Positions 51,540-64,000 of a DNA stretch of 64,000 nucleotides are shown piece by piece. Source of the DNA: Nageia nagi (Eukaryota > Plantae > Pinophyta). The translations under genes were made by a program, and so were the position numbers. Below the pieces are notes generated by a model. The model saw only the letters and a program-made list of their open reading frames with translations, was not told the origin of the DNA and did no database searches. The number at the start of each line of letters is the position of its first letter. Position 1 is the first letter of the stretch. The DNA lies in the NCBI GenBank assembly GCA_050084985.1, contig JBITNC010000002.1:2294001-2358000 (forward strand), read 5' to 3'.

Positions 51540-52380
51540 GGCTATGATGTGAGGTTTTGGGAATTCCCCCTTTATGCAAATGACCTCATAATCATTGTAG
51601 ACATTGACCAAACGTATAATGTACAAGAAGAACATCTTTTGACATAATTATCTCGAGAATGAATACTAATATGTATGTAACTATGATGAGATTATGAATA
51701 TCTATTGAATATTTTTATTGACCCTTAATATGAAATTAGATGGAGACTATGCTAGCACTCACATTCAATGATGCATATTACACCATATAATAAACAATGA
51801 AATAACAATAATAAAAAATGATATAAAGTATGTAATGGTTATGAAGATGTGCAAATACAACCCTTAGATTATTGGATTATATATAACAACTAACCTTATT
51901 GAGAAAGAGATTCAAAGAAGATAAATATCTATCATCTTACCTTAGCGATATGCAGATTAGAACTTATCAACAATGTAGATCTCATAATGCAAATATTTTA
52001 GATTAAATGAGATAAAATGACACATGTTCGGGCTAGTGTATGCACCCGCATTGGAGATGATTATAGGCGGTGTTGAAGAACACCTTAAAGTAGTATATAA
52101 GGGTGACTATTGAGATAAAGATTTGATATCCTCCTCATGTAGATCAATCCTTCATTTATAGGCAAGCGACCACCCAAAATGCACGCCTTGAAGTAAGCAC
52201 GATGCTAGGGTACCTTATGCAAGAAAAGTACATGAGAAAACAATCATAACATTCCATCATAAGATATAAAAGTTGAACTTAATAAGTACACCTAATGGTG
52301 GGAAAATTAAGTGTCAACAATATTGAAGGGTAAGCAACCTAATTTTGAATATGCATATAAGGGTTTTGAAACTTCCCACA
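51540..52380 (-). mobile_element. LTR-like insertion (left boundary uncertain)
   Basis: Ends ...cttcccaca; minus-strand TATA cctataaatg; no TSD found. Confidence 0.35.
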
Positions 52381-52482
52381 CTATTACTAATACAATCGAA
52401 ACTTTTTATGTTTGTGTAGTATTTATTTAGTTTTTTTCTTTATTATTTTAGAGATTCTAATAATTGTATACATCATTATATG

Positions 52483-52484
<2 letters not shown>

Positions 52485-52538
<54 letters not shown>
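52485..52538. repeat. (TA)n microsatellite
   Basis: direct inspection. Confidence 0.97.
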
Positions 52539-52547
<9 letters not shown>

Positions 52548-55500
52548 TTCCTTTAACGCATGAGTTATGATCAAGTTATGGGTACTATTTAGGTGGAATT
52601 TTATCAGATTGATGCTTCCCAACTTATGTTTTATCTCTAGTTTATTAAAGATTTTTCTAGCAAGATTGACATCTTTTGTTCCTCCAATATAGTGATCTTA
52701 ACAATTACTTATTATTCTATAATCATCATAAGATCCATGAAAATTATATTTCTCTTTTTTGTTTGTTTCCCTGGTTAGGGATTGCTAGAATATGGTTTTC
52801 AATCCCTTCCCCACCTAGTAGAGCCTAATTTCTAGGTTTTTGCTACCATGTTTTATTTTATTATTTGACTTTTTTTAGCAACTATTCACCAAACAATATG
52901 GTTTTCAAATATCTCCTCGTGTAATAGTTCCAATGATGGTTTTCAGAGTTAAGCTTTTCATTTTCATATTTTTCAGTTTCCTCTACCATCCCAACAAGGG
53001 TTATATTTCTCCAAATGATGGTTATTGATGTATATTTGACGAGTATGACCATCTAATATTGCCAAGTGAATTATCCCATTTCTTTTAATAATTTAAATGA
53101 TAAATAATCCTACCTAACAAATTTTTAACTTGCCTAGCTTGTGTTTATAATGAATTTCATATAATAAGACTTGGTCGTCAATCCAAAAACTTTTGTTCTT
53201 TATATGTAAACAATATCATGCTCTTTGATGATTATTTTCTTGGACTTGATTAGACATTGTTATTTATCGCTTATCTAGTTGTCCTATGGAAAAAAGCCTT
53301 CATTCTAATTATGCTTTATAATCGAGCCTGGTTTTTATGATGATGCAAAGAGAAGGTACTTAAAAATCCATTGGTAATATGGAATCCAATCCATAAACTA
53401 GTTTAAAAGTTGTTCTTTTTATAAATCATTTGTATGTGGTTATGTATGCCCATAAAAAAACTGGTAGTTTATCTTCTTAGTAATTTTTTACCCATGCTAA
53501 TAATCTTTATTAGGGTATGCTCTAGAATTTTCTTGATAACTTCTATAACTTCATTTGCTTGAGGATGGTAGGGTGAACTTATCCCATATTGGATCATGAA
53601 TATAGAAAGGATTTCTTTAATAATGTGATTGAAAAAATATTTTACTTGATGGCTTAATATACATTTAGGGAAATTAATATAAATAATTAAAATATTTTCA
53701 TATATAAATTTATCCATTATCTGGGCGATGCAATGCTTAGTTGCTACAACATTTTCTCATATTGTTAGGTATCCTACTTTTGTAATTATGTATTTAGTGC
53801 TAATTCATCTTTCAGGTGGTGATATAGGTCTAATAAAGTCAATAAACCATATCTCAAAAAGGAACATTGGTAGAACTTGTTGTAAGGGTAATTGATCTCT
53901 CGTTGATGGCTTGTCTATTTGATAAACATTGTAGATTCTTGGGAATGTGTGCGTTAGAGTGGAGAGAAGGCCACCATAGAATAAATTGTATAATATTTTT
54001 ATTCATTAGTTCACTATTAAATGATTTCCTAGAATGCCTTTATGTGCATCCCTTAGGATATATTGGTTTTCATGTTTTAGAGCTACTTTTATAATCACTT
54101 TATTCGTACCCATTTTATAAAGTTCTCCATAAATGATAGTATAAGACATTTTTTTAATCAATATTTCCTTTTTTTTTTTTTCTTTTGATGAAAGTCCCTT
54201 GATGAATTTACTTGATGTAAGTAGTGTAGCTATATTCTATAAGTCATTAGGGGTAGCCTCAATTAAGAACAAATGGACCCCTAACATGTCGTCAACAATT
54301 TTTGAAGTCTCATCGTTATCTATTTTAAAGAGCATATATAGTATGTTGTTGAGTTTTCTAGGCTTAATGATGATTTTGAATTGGAATTCATCAAAAAGTA
54401 TGAGCCATCAATAAATCTATCCTTAAGATCACTAGTTTGTTGAGTGGTATCTTAAGGCTTTATGATTTGTAAAGAATACAAATGAATCTTCAATAAATAA
54501 TATCTATTTTTTTTACTATATATAGACTATGACTAGTGCTTCTTATCCTATCATAGTGTACTTCTTTTGAACTATTACCATCTTCTTACCAATGAATGTA
54601 GATATATTGGTCAATATGTTTTTTGCCAAACTAAATGAGTATGAATCCAATTGCTACACCATTAGCATCAACATGTACATGAAATTATTTTATCCAATTT
54701 GAAAAGACAAGTATTGGGGCCTTAGATAGCTTTAGTTTTAGTAGTTCAATGTTCTCTTGGCATTCTAGTGATCAATGGAACTATCAATTCTTTTTCATCA
54801 AATCATCAATTGGGGCAACAAATATTGCATAATTTTTGATGAAATTTCTATAGGATCCTGTTGACCCTAAAAATCATTTAAATTCTTTTATCATTCTTGG
54901 TGATTGAATATTTAATAAAACTACCACTTTCATTAGATCAATCATTAGTTTCTTTTGTATATAATGTGTCTTAGCAATATGCCATATGGTGTGGTGAATA
55001 AACATTTATTCAAGTTCAAGGTAATTTGTAATTATCATCATATTTAAAATATTAGTCTTAGAGTTTGGATATGATATTTCAACATGTCAAGCATAGTCTA
55101 TTCAATAAGGTACACCTATAAGAAAACATGAATAAAGTTTTTGAAAGCGTTAACCATGATTCAAGAGAAGAAAACTAATGCTTTATTGAGCTTAAAGGGC
55201 ATAAAATTATACATGTATGATCCTCATTTAGTGGTGAAAGTTATCTTTGAATGATATTCCTCAATGATTTCAACCTAATGATACCCCAAGAAGTCATCAA
55301 TAAAAAAACATATTTCACGTCCAACAATATTCTTTAGAATTTCCTTAGTAAAGAGAGTAGGGAATGGGTCATGTTCATAAGCCTTGTATAACTTCCTAAA
55401 GTTGACACAGATCTTGATATCAATAATTTTCTTATTGTGAATCACCATAATACAAATGACCTCTATTTTTTAGGTTTATATTTAAATTTGAGTTTGATGT

Positions 55501-57053
55501 TCACCACCCTTGCCTCCTCCTTCATGTTTGTAAGCCTTGCATAACTCCCTAAAGTTGACATAGATCCCAATGTCAACAATTTTCTTATGTTGAACCACCA
55601 TAGGAGTAATCTAATTTGTATTATCTACTAGTTATATAATACCAATGTCACGTATTTTATCAATAACCTCCTTGACTTTGGATTTTTGATTAGGGTTTAG
55701 GTGATATGATCTCTATTTTCTAGGTTTACATTCAAATTTGAGTTTGATGTTTACCATCCATGCCTCCTACATTCCTTTTAATTCAATGTAATATTTAGGT
55801 AATAATTCTTTGTATTCTAGCAACACTTTGATAATTTTATTTACTTCCTATTATATCTAATAATTTCCAACAATTTCCATTTTGGAATCTAAGTCAGTGT
55901 TGATGTCAATCTTCCTAGTTTTGAGTTATGAGTTGTAAGGTATACCTATTTCTTTTTCTATAATCACATCTAGTTCCCCCTCTTCAACTTCATATTTTAT
56001 ATTTTTTAGGTTTCTCTTATATATCTTTTGATTCTAGGTCTTATTTCCTTTTTTTGTTTGCTAGAATTTTAATTTCTTCAATTGATTTACGTAACAATGG
56101 GGTGTAAGTAGCAAAATAGGGTTTTGTAAACTTGACTTGAGACTCTTTAGGTCAGAGGAATAATAATTACCTATCTTTCAGCAACTCAATACAAATGCTT
56201 AAATTACTATTTTAAAAGGAAATAGTTTTGATAGATTCATTTTGAAAGATTTTCCAATTACTAATTTCTCTTCTTAATTCTTATTGTATATACCATGCAT
56301 TATGGATAGTATTTAGGGTCTAATTACCAAATTTTCAGAAATCCTTTGATAAGCCCAAGTTAAATCACATTGCCTTATATGGTCTAATGGACTATTTTCA
56401 CCTGAGTAAAAACCTATGGTTACTTTGATGGAATCTAACAGTTCAAATTGAATTTTCAATTTTTTTGAATTTCTTCCCAAGTTTTAAAGATTTTTTATTA
56501 GTATCCCACCATCTTGTTAGAGTGGAAACTAATGTATCATTCAAAGATTTACTTTTTTGTGTTTCATTGATAACTATTCTTTCCATTTATGATAGAAAGT
56601 CTTTTGGTGACTCTAGCCCCTAAAATTTTGGCAAGCTCTTCTGGAAAATGATTTTGGTTATCTTAAAAAGTATTCAGTAATGGTGATTCGAAAAATCCTT
56701 CTATTAGTTATTTTATGATCCCTTATATTACAAAGCATTTAAGTGATATTAGAGTGTTCGTCCATATCAACACTATGAAAATTTAACTATCCATCATTAG
56801 TCAGGTTTATATGATCTTGAAATCCATCTAATTAGTTTAGGACTATCATGATGTAGAGGTTATAGAGTCTTAGAAAGTCACTATAATATGAATCACTATC
56901 ATCTAATATGTGAGAAATTAGTGTAAGCATGTTCCATCCCTTTTTTTAATGGAAGGTGTATTTCATATTCTTCATTTGATATTATCAACTCTTGAGGTTT
57001 GCTATTCAAAATTCTATTTTTATTAATGAACCATTCCAAATATAATAATACAA

Positions 57054-57188
57054 TGTAAGCTACCATATATATATATATATATATATATATACATGGAGTT
57101 TTGAGGGTCTCAAGAACATGTATAGAGAAAGAGCAATAGCATATTGTTTGTATACTTTGAAGCTTCCTTTAAGTGTAAGCTACCATAT
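57054..57188 (-). mobile_element. 5'-truncated non-LTR insertion (57069-57173) with (AT)n tail and 15-bp TSD
   Basis: tgtaagctaccatat at 57054-57068 and 57174-57188; tail motif atggagttttgagggtctc resembles 4117-4142. Confidence 0.75.
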
Positions 57189-59397
57189 TGTTATATTACA
57201 TATTAATTACCTCAAAATATACTTGAGAATCAACCCTATATATGATATGGTTACATGTTTAAGAAGTCCCTATGGTTTGATAAGAGTCTCATTAGCTAGA
57301 GTTATGTTATAATTCACTGGTTGTAAAGGTGGATAGTTTCTAAAGGCATGATATTTATATATGATCCCAAATATACCATAATAGTTTTAGCCACCTTACC
57401 ATTGCATATCAAAATGTAAGTAGCTATTGATTTATTTTTTCCAAGTTTTCTCATTTTTTGCAAACTTCACATTCTTGGTAGTCTTGCCTCTTTTATTCCA
57501 ATATTTAACGATCTATTTTAGCTTTTTCACCATGTCATCATGCTTCAATATTTTATTAATTTCTTTTAAAACTTGTGTATTTTATTTGGTGAATTTAGAT
57601 TTATCATCCTTATTTTGCATTATGCCTTGCTTTTGTCGTAATTCTATAAATCTTAGGTTGTTTTAGTAATTTCTTTGTGTTCATTGTGGTTTGAGTATTT
57701 ATTTTCTAGGAAGATCTCTTGGAAAATAGGTTCATCAAATACCACCTTTTTGATTTCTAATTTGGTAGTAACTCAAACTATTGACATGGATTAATGGACT
57801 TGGCGATATATTTGTTTCGCATTGCCAATCACTATTTTATTTCCCTTATTCTTCTAATTGGATTGATGATGTATATGCTTCTTTAACTTCAATGAAAACA
57901 ATTCAAGTAATGATGGGTACATTTTTCAAAATAATGACATTGGATTGTGTTAAATTTATGACATTATTCCTCTTTTATTTTTTCAACATATCATTTAATG
58001 GTTTTGGGCAATCCTGGTACCTATGATCATTTGTTGGTAATATTAACATCTAATGGAAACTTTTGGGTGGAGATATTGATATTACAGATGAGAGGGATCA
58101 CCATAACTAAAATATATTGATATTATACTTTGATTGCTACCTTGATTATTATATATGCCTCAACATCCTCCTCCTCTACCTCATCCTTTATAATTGAATC
58201 CTTAATCATTTTACTTTTTAATTAGTCTTAGTATTGATTAGGTGGAGGATTAATATAGTTTATATCATCATTCTTAGGTTGAAATTGTGTTTTCACCACC
58301 AATGCAACATATGTGATTCCAATTTTTTCAACACATGGGAGAGGCTCTAGCCTTTTGACAAGTCTATATACTACTGATTGATATACATGAGCAATGTAGA
58401 CCCTTGGGTGATCCCTAATGTATTTATCCATATTTTCTAAAAACTCTTTTTCCTAATATTGATATGTCCAATGGTTTTCAATTAAATCCACATGTTGAAC
58501 AATTTGGTGCAATAATTCCTCTTCTTCTTACTATTGCGACAAGACAATTATGTGTAGTATGATTTTCCATGGTTCAACTTATCTAGTATAATTCATCACT
58601 AGGTTTTTTTAGAGTAGGAAATTCATAAGTGACATGTCCTTTGATGCATAAATGATTCCAAATTTATCTTCCAATGTGTAGTGCCTTTGGTTCTTTTTGA
58701 ACTGATATGTTGGTAATGAAGAGATGAATAAAATCACCAACAACAAAGTAAAGTCGCCAAATATAAAAAATCACCAAACTGCTAATTTATACTATGGTGA
58801 ATTGATGGCAAACAAGTTGGAAAACTTGATACAGACTATGGGGTTTTATATATCATTAGATCAATATCTTTCTAATGGTGTATGATGACCAATAAAATGA
58901 GCTATAAATATTAGGTGATTCTTGACGATATAAGATACTATCTTTGGTGACCAACAATAGTTTTACAACATAAATACCTCACAAAGAATGGGATGTTGCT
59001 ATAGCAGTTCTTAATAAAATTATAGAGTGTTATATACCATTGTAAATATATTGAAAATATATTTCTAAAAGTGTATGAAAATTTGAAAATGGTTTAATAA
59101 AACTCTGATGAATTACAATGACACTAGACCCTATCATTTATAATTTTAGGAATGATAGGATAATCATATGACAAAAAATAGCTGGTCTATTAGTGATTCT
59201 CAAAAAACATGTCATATTATACACCATTGGAAAGGTATTGAAACTAAATTTCCAACAAACTGATACCCATTAAAAGTTGATCTCTTTAATAAAAGTTATA
59301 AGCCCTAAAAGATAATGGATTTTCTTATAGAAAATCACACACATCAACTTAAGGAACAATTTCCCCTATTACATACTATGCCAATTTGTTTTTGAAT

Positions 59398-60745
59398 GTT
59401 ACAATGAGATGATTTCAATTTATTCTATCCTAATAAAAAGATTGTAAAGCTATTACATGAAGATAAAAAATATACAACTATTACAAACTAAAATCTACAA
59501 TTGAGGGAAAAATTCATTTTGTTAACTTATAAGTGCCACCTAGTTAGCATCATATTCCAACATTCTCCCACTTGCTAATGAGAGGGATCAAAAATGAGTT
59601 TCTCAACTTCAAAAATTGATCTTTAGCCACACCTTTAGTAAATATGTCAACTATTTGATCATGGGTGTTGCAATATCTGAATTCAATTGATTTCGTTTCC
59701 ACCATATTATAGATGAAATGATACTTCATATCAAAATACATAGAATTTTTATGATGGAAAATATTATTTTCCAAATTAATTGCACTCATATTATCATATA
59801 AAATGATAGTGAGGCCACTTTGTTTCTTACTTATCTCCTCCAATAGTTTCTTGAGCCATAAAGCTTGAGAAGTAGCTATTGTAATTGCAATGTACCGAGT
59901 CTCAGTAGAAGATAGAACTACTAATCCTTATTTCCTTGAAATCCAATCCAAGAGAAAAAAATTAGTAGATGTGGATTTTCAATCATCCAAATTGCTTCTC
60001 CAATCTAAGTCACTAAAGCCAACTAGTTCTACCTCTTTACTAGGAAAATAATGTATGCCAAAGTCAATAATACCTTTAACATACCTCAAAATTCTTTTAG
60101 TAACCTTCAAATGTAAAGAATATTGTTCACTTATATACCTAGAAACAAGTGAAACTACACATGCTATATCTAATTAAGCTCCTAAAAATGCTCCTATACT
60201 AGGTTACATTCACCTTTTAAGCCCCATCATATTTTCACAACAACTCACTATGTGTAATGGGAATAAGGATTGATTTGTAATTATCCATGTCATACTTCTT
60301 CAACATATCCTTTACACATTTAATTTGATAAGTGAATATTTTATCCTTACTTTTGTGCACCTCCATGTTAAAAGTATACATCAATTATTGTATACCCATT
60401 CACCCATATTGATCGAGGTTACTATATATACGATTCTTCATCTATGTACCCATTCAAAAAATGACTTTTTAACATCCAAGTGATGTACAATCCAACTCTT
60501 TTGAGCAACCAAGGAAAGAACCATTCTCACATTCTCTTTCCTAGCTAAAAGTGTAAAGGTTTCTTCATAATCAATTCCATACCTTTGTATGAATCCTTTA
60601 CGCATAAGCCTAGCTTTGTGTCTCTCAATGCTTTTATAATTGTTATATTACGTCTTATAGACCCATTTGGAATTGTCAACTATTTTAGTACACAAGGAAT
60701 TTTAATAACGAGTCTTCCTCTTGCAATGATCTTTTATCTCAATAC
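59398..60745 (-). mobile_element. Copia D fragment: RT/RNase H, PPT, short 3' LTR (about 59398-59562)
   Basis: GIDYEETFTL, KRILRYVKG, DQIVDIFTKG; PPT ttctcccact next to ...ttccaaca. Confidence 0.8.
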
Positions 60746-60759
60746 ACTACTTTAGTTAG

Positions 60760-62347
60760 TGGTAATGCAATTTTAGACACCATGACCAATACAATAATCA
60801 TATAATGGAACAATAATAAAATATTATTTATGAAAGTGAAGATACAAATTATGATGACCTATTTTTGAGCTCACTCCTCAAATGTGCCTTAGGAGAGGGG
60901 CATTTGGATTCTAGCTTTCAAACTAGCTAAAAAAATCTTAAACATGCACCAATATTTCACAACTTTCTAAGAAAGACAAATTTAGCAATGGTAATTAAAA
61001 AATACTCATAATACCCCAACATCCAGCTATGCTCAATAATCACATAAATCAAACATGCAGTCTCTCCAGTATTCCAACTACTCAATCAGGGAGCAAAATG
61101 ATAACTCAATAATGCAAAATACCTCCACAAACCCAACATACCAATTGGAGATCCGAAACAGGAATTAAACAATAAAAATAACATTCTAGACCCAACATTG
61201 CAACCATGAAGGAAAAATGGTAATTCAACAATGTAATGATGCTTCCTAATTCAACATCCAAGTAGAGAGAGAGAAATAGTAATATTTCTATAACATAAAG
61301 TAATTGTATTGAATAAATAATGATAAAGTACAATTACAATATTTTTATCAACTTACAAAGTTTGTAATAGGGCTGTCTCTTATAGGGTTATTTTGGATGG
61401 CTTCAGGGCCTCACCAATTCTAGAAGTAGTAAGGCAAGACCAAGTTTCCTCTGTAGCATCTATGATGGAACCAACAACATTCCCCTCAAGATGGCTAAAG
61501 TGAGTTCAAAGGTAGCCTTCTCTCCCCTCGATATCTCAAATGCAAGTTGCCCCACAAGTGGCTAAGATAGAGTCTCCACTCAATCTAAAATAAAGGGTTT
61601 ATAATCAAATTCAACATATCTCATAATAAATATGGGTTCTCCTTTTATAGGCGAGGGTTATCATCTTCTAATCTTGCATTGGGATGATCCAATAGTGGAG
61701 AGATGTGATTTGTATACTCATGTATGCAACATACAAGATAAGGAGCATTAGGATAAGTGAAATCACATCCAACAGCTAGGAAAGCCAACATACAAGAGGG
61801 GTGATAATGAGTGCCCCATGATTAGTTCCATTGGTCCATATGCCTAGGAAGACCAATGCGGGATCTTGGGATGCTCCCATGCCTAATGTACATGCTCTAG
61901 GATCATCTACTTGCCTTGAGATTACCAACGCCTAGTTTGAAGTACCAGGTCCATCCTTAGAGCTCCAAATATCCTCATGGTTGGTGCAATCACCTAAGGG
62001 GATGCTCTACATTGAAGCGGGGAGAACTAATGATTAGAGATACATTTAATACCAATATTACAATTATCAAAGCTAAAGTATACAATGCCTCATTTAATGA
62101 GACTAGTATTGCATTTATAATTATTATTACCTTGGCATCAAAAATACAATATTTATTGATATTTTGGCAAATAACTAAATTAATAAAAAGGTCATTTATT
62201 CCATAATTAGATCTTTACTAAGTCTCTAAGTGGAATTTACATCATTTTGGCCAAATTATACAAAAATAGCCTAAAACACTCCTAAATTAATGTTCTCATT
62301 TATCAAAGGTGAACTGGAAAAAATACTTAAAAAATAGGGATATTACA
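60760..62347. mobile_element. LTR-like segment ending GGGATATTACA
   Basis: Same type of terminus as 29617; minus-strand TATA cctataaaagg; left end unresolved. Confidence 0.45.
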
Positions 62348-62974
62348 CAAAAATAATAAGAGTTACAATGCAATTGTAATAAAATATCATCATGATGATA
62401 GCAATGGAATTGGTTATCCCGTGAGGAGCACCACCACTTGCTTAACTCAACAACCAATATAACACAACCACTATCATAACCTTACAAAGAGAGCCTTCTT
62501 ATAATAAAACTTTTACCTTCTCATCACTTAGATAATCATGAACACAATACAACACTTTGACATACTTATGATTCTTAGCTTATGACACTAATACTTAATA
62601 TTCATCACTACTTAATATTCATCACACATATAAACTTCTTCACAACTTGACAACTCACTCACAACTTCCAAACTTCTTTCTAACTTACTTTACATGACCA
62701 TAAAACGTCATTATTTATAAGTTAGAGAATGTATTTAGATTTTTCTACAAATTGAATTTTAAAATACGTTATATCTCCATCTTTAGAAATATTCAAACCA
62801 CTTTTAAAAATATCCATGAGGTGCCACATGGATCTTTTGCCACATAACCCTTTTCTAAAACCCCCTTTTAAATATAAACGACTTCCACATCATCATATGT
62901 CCTTGTGCCACATAATCCTATGGAAAATGCTATAACATATATCTTCTAGATATTACCCATGGATATTTTTTCTA

Positions 62975-63110
62975 CTTACCATTACTTACTTTTACCATTT
63001 ACTATTTATCATTTAACATTGACTATTTACTATTTACCATTTACCATTTAAAATTTACCATTTACTATTTACTATTTATTATTTATTATTTATTATTTTA
63101 ATTTTTATTT
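62975..63110. repeat. 7-bp (TTTACYA)n degenerate minisatellite
   Basis: tttacca/tttacta/tttatta units. Confidence 0.85.
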
Positions 63111-63424
63111 AACCTCACCAACTTAAAGCCCCCATAGTACACTTGTACTACTAATCATTGTTGCATCACTATCTCTTTATTATGGCTACATTGTTCTTTA
63201 CAAATGAAAGTGTATTCGAGAATGCAAATAAATGAATATCTATAGTCCCAAAAGATACATATATCTATTTGTAAATTCTGAGCTAACGGATAGCAATTTT
63301 TAACAAGACAAGATGATATAGAAGATAATGAATAACTAAAATCGAAATGATATTACCAAACAAGATTGAATTTATGTACTTACCTCATGGAATGTACCTG
63401 ATATTGATGAATGAAATATAGTGA

Positions 63425-64000
63425 TGTTGGAATGTATAATGCATTATTGTAAATAGATGTATTAGATCTTCTATGTAAATTTAGTAATACTTAAAGGTAT
63501 TATTTGATACCTTAAGTATTTTAGTGAATATAATAATGTAATTTGTCCTACACTCCAAGTCATGAGCATGCCCCTTGGGTCAAAGATGTGCATGTCATGC
63601 TTAAGTCATCCAAAGAGGGATTTTGGCCTATAAATAGAAAGCTCCCTGTTTGTAATGACACACCAATTGTGGAATAAGGTTATGCTATAGGATAGAAGTG
63701 TAGGAGTTGAGATTAGGAGGATTGTAAGAGAGTTGTATTTGTGAGAGAAGTAAACATCTTGTGTTGTGAGATTGTTTTGTGTATTTGTTAGATGTAATTG
63801 TGAGATTTCATATGATCTTGGTAGTTTAGGATTGTTCTTGTTATAGTTCAATTTTTTCAATTGGTATCAGAGCACCTTGGAAGCTCATCTTCACATTCTT
63901 GGTTTGTAAGCTCTTCTTCTTGGCTTGGACACTCTTCTTGTTGAGGTCAAACTAAGCAAAGGTATAATATCCTTCCTTCTTGGTTATTGTTAAAGTATTG
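63425..64000 (+). mobile_element. 5' LTR (63425-63859) and Met PBS (63862-63873) of a copia of the copia C family, running off the window
   Basis: TGTTGGAATGTATAATGCATTATTGTAAA is the reverse complement of the copia C LTR end; TGGTATCAGAGC. Confidence 0.9.

Larger units (their letters stand above)
43300..59390 (-). mobile_element. Large old Ty3/gypsy (Tat/Ogre-like): Arg-type PBS about 58751-58759, gag about 58430-56250, RT/RNase H about 55830-54330, integrase about 54120-53050, long extra ORF 3' of pol (about 50210-43300)
   Basis: Minus-strand TGGCGACTT PBS remnant; CVNFRELCKA, FMPFKL, IWFIDFIRPI, YHPQANEVIE motifs with many stops. LTR boundaries not resolved. Confidence 0.7.

Noticed and set aside
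62975-63110. 7-mer array as an interstitial telomere
   Set aside because: The unit is TTTACYA, not TTTAGGG/CCCTAAA.

Overview
AT-rich, CpG-depleted plant nuclear DNA. The giant introns, old nested LTR retrotransposons and accessory ORF types suggest a gymnosperm (inference). One intact host gene is present: a 10-exon, + strand O-fucosyltransferase-family (GT106) gene of the EDA30/OFUT27 type (9597..37926, about 670 aa). All its splice sites are GT-AG and phase-consistent, and introns 2 (about 8.7 kb) and 5 (about 16.6 kb) are TE-expanded. The rest is decayed Ty1/copia and Ty3/gypsy elements, solo LTRs, a TRIM, non-LTR insertions and microsatellites. Most notable: (1) a 354-bp TRIM whose LTR end, PBS and internal domain together look like a tRNA-type Pol III promoter (TATA, CAA, A box, iMet-type B box); (2) a TIR-bounded element in intron 2 carrying a captured phospholipase A1 fragment; (3) an apparently RT-less poly(A)-tailed element carrying an unknown ORF, with a 5'-truncated sibling flanked by a 15-bp TSD; (4) a tRNA-derived SINE-like unit upstream of the gene; (5) a 189-bp target duplication around a one-ended LTR. 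All identities and family assignments are by eye or from memory; no searches were run.
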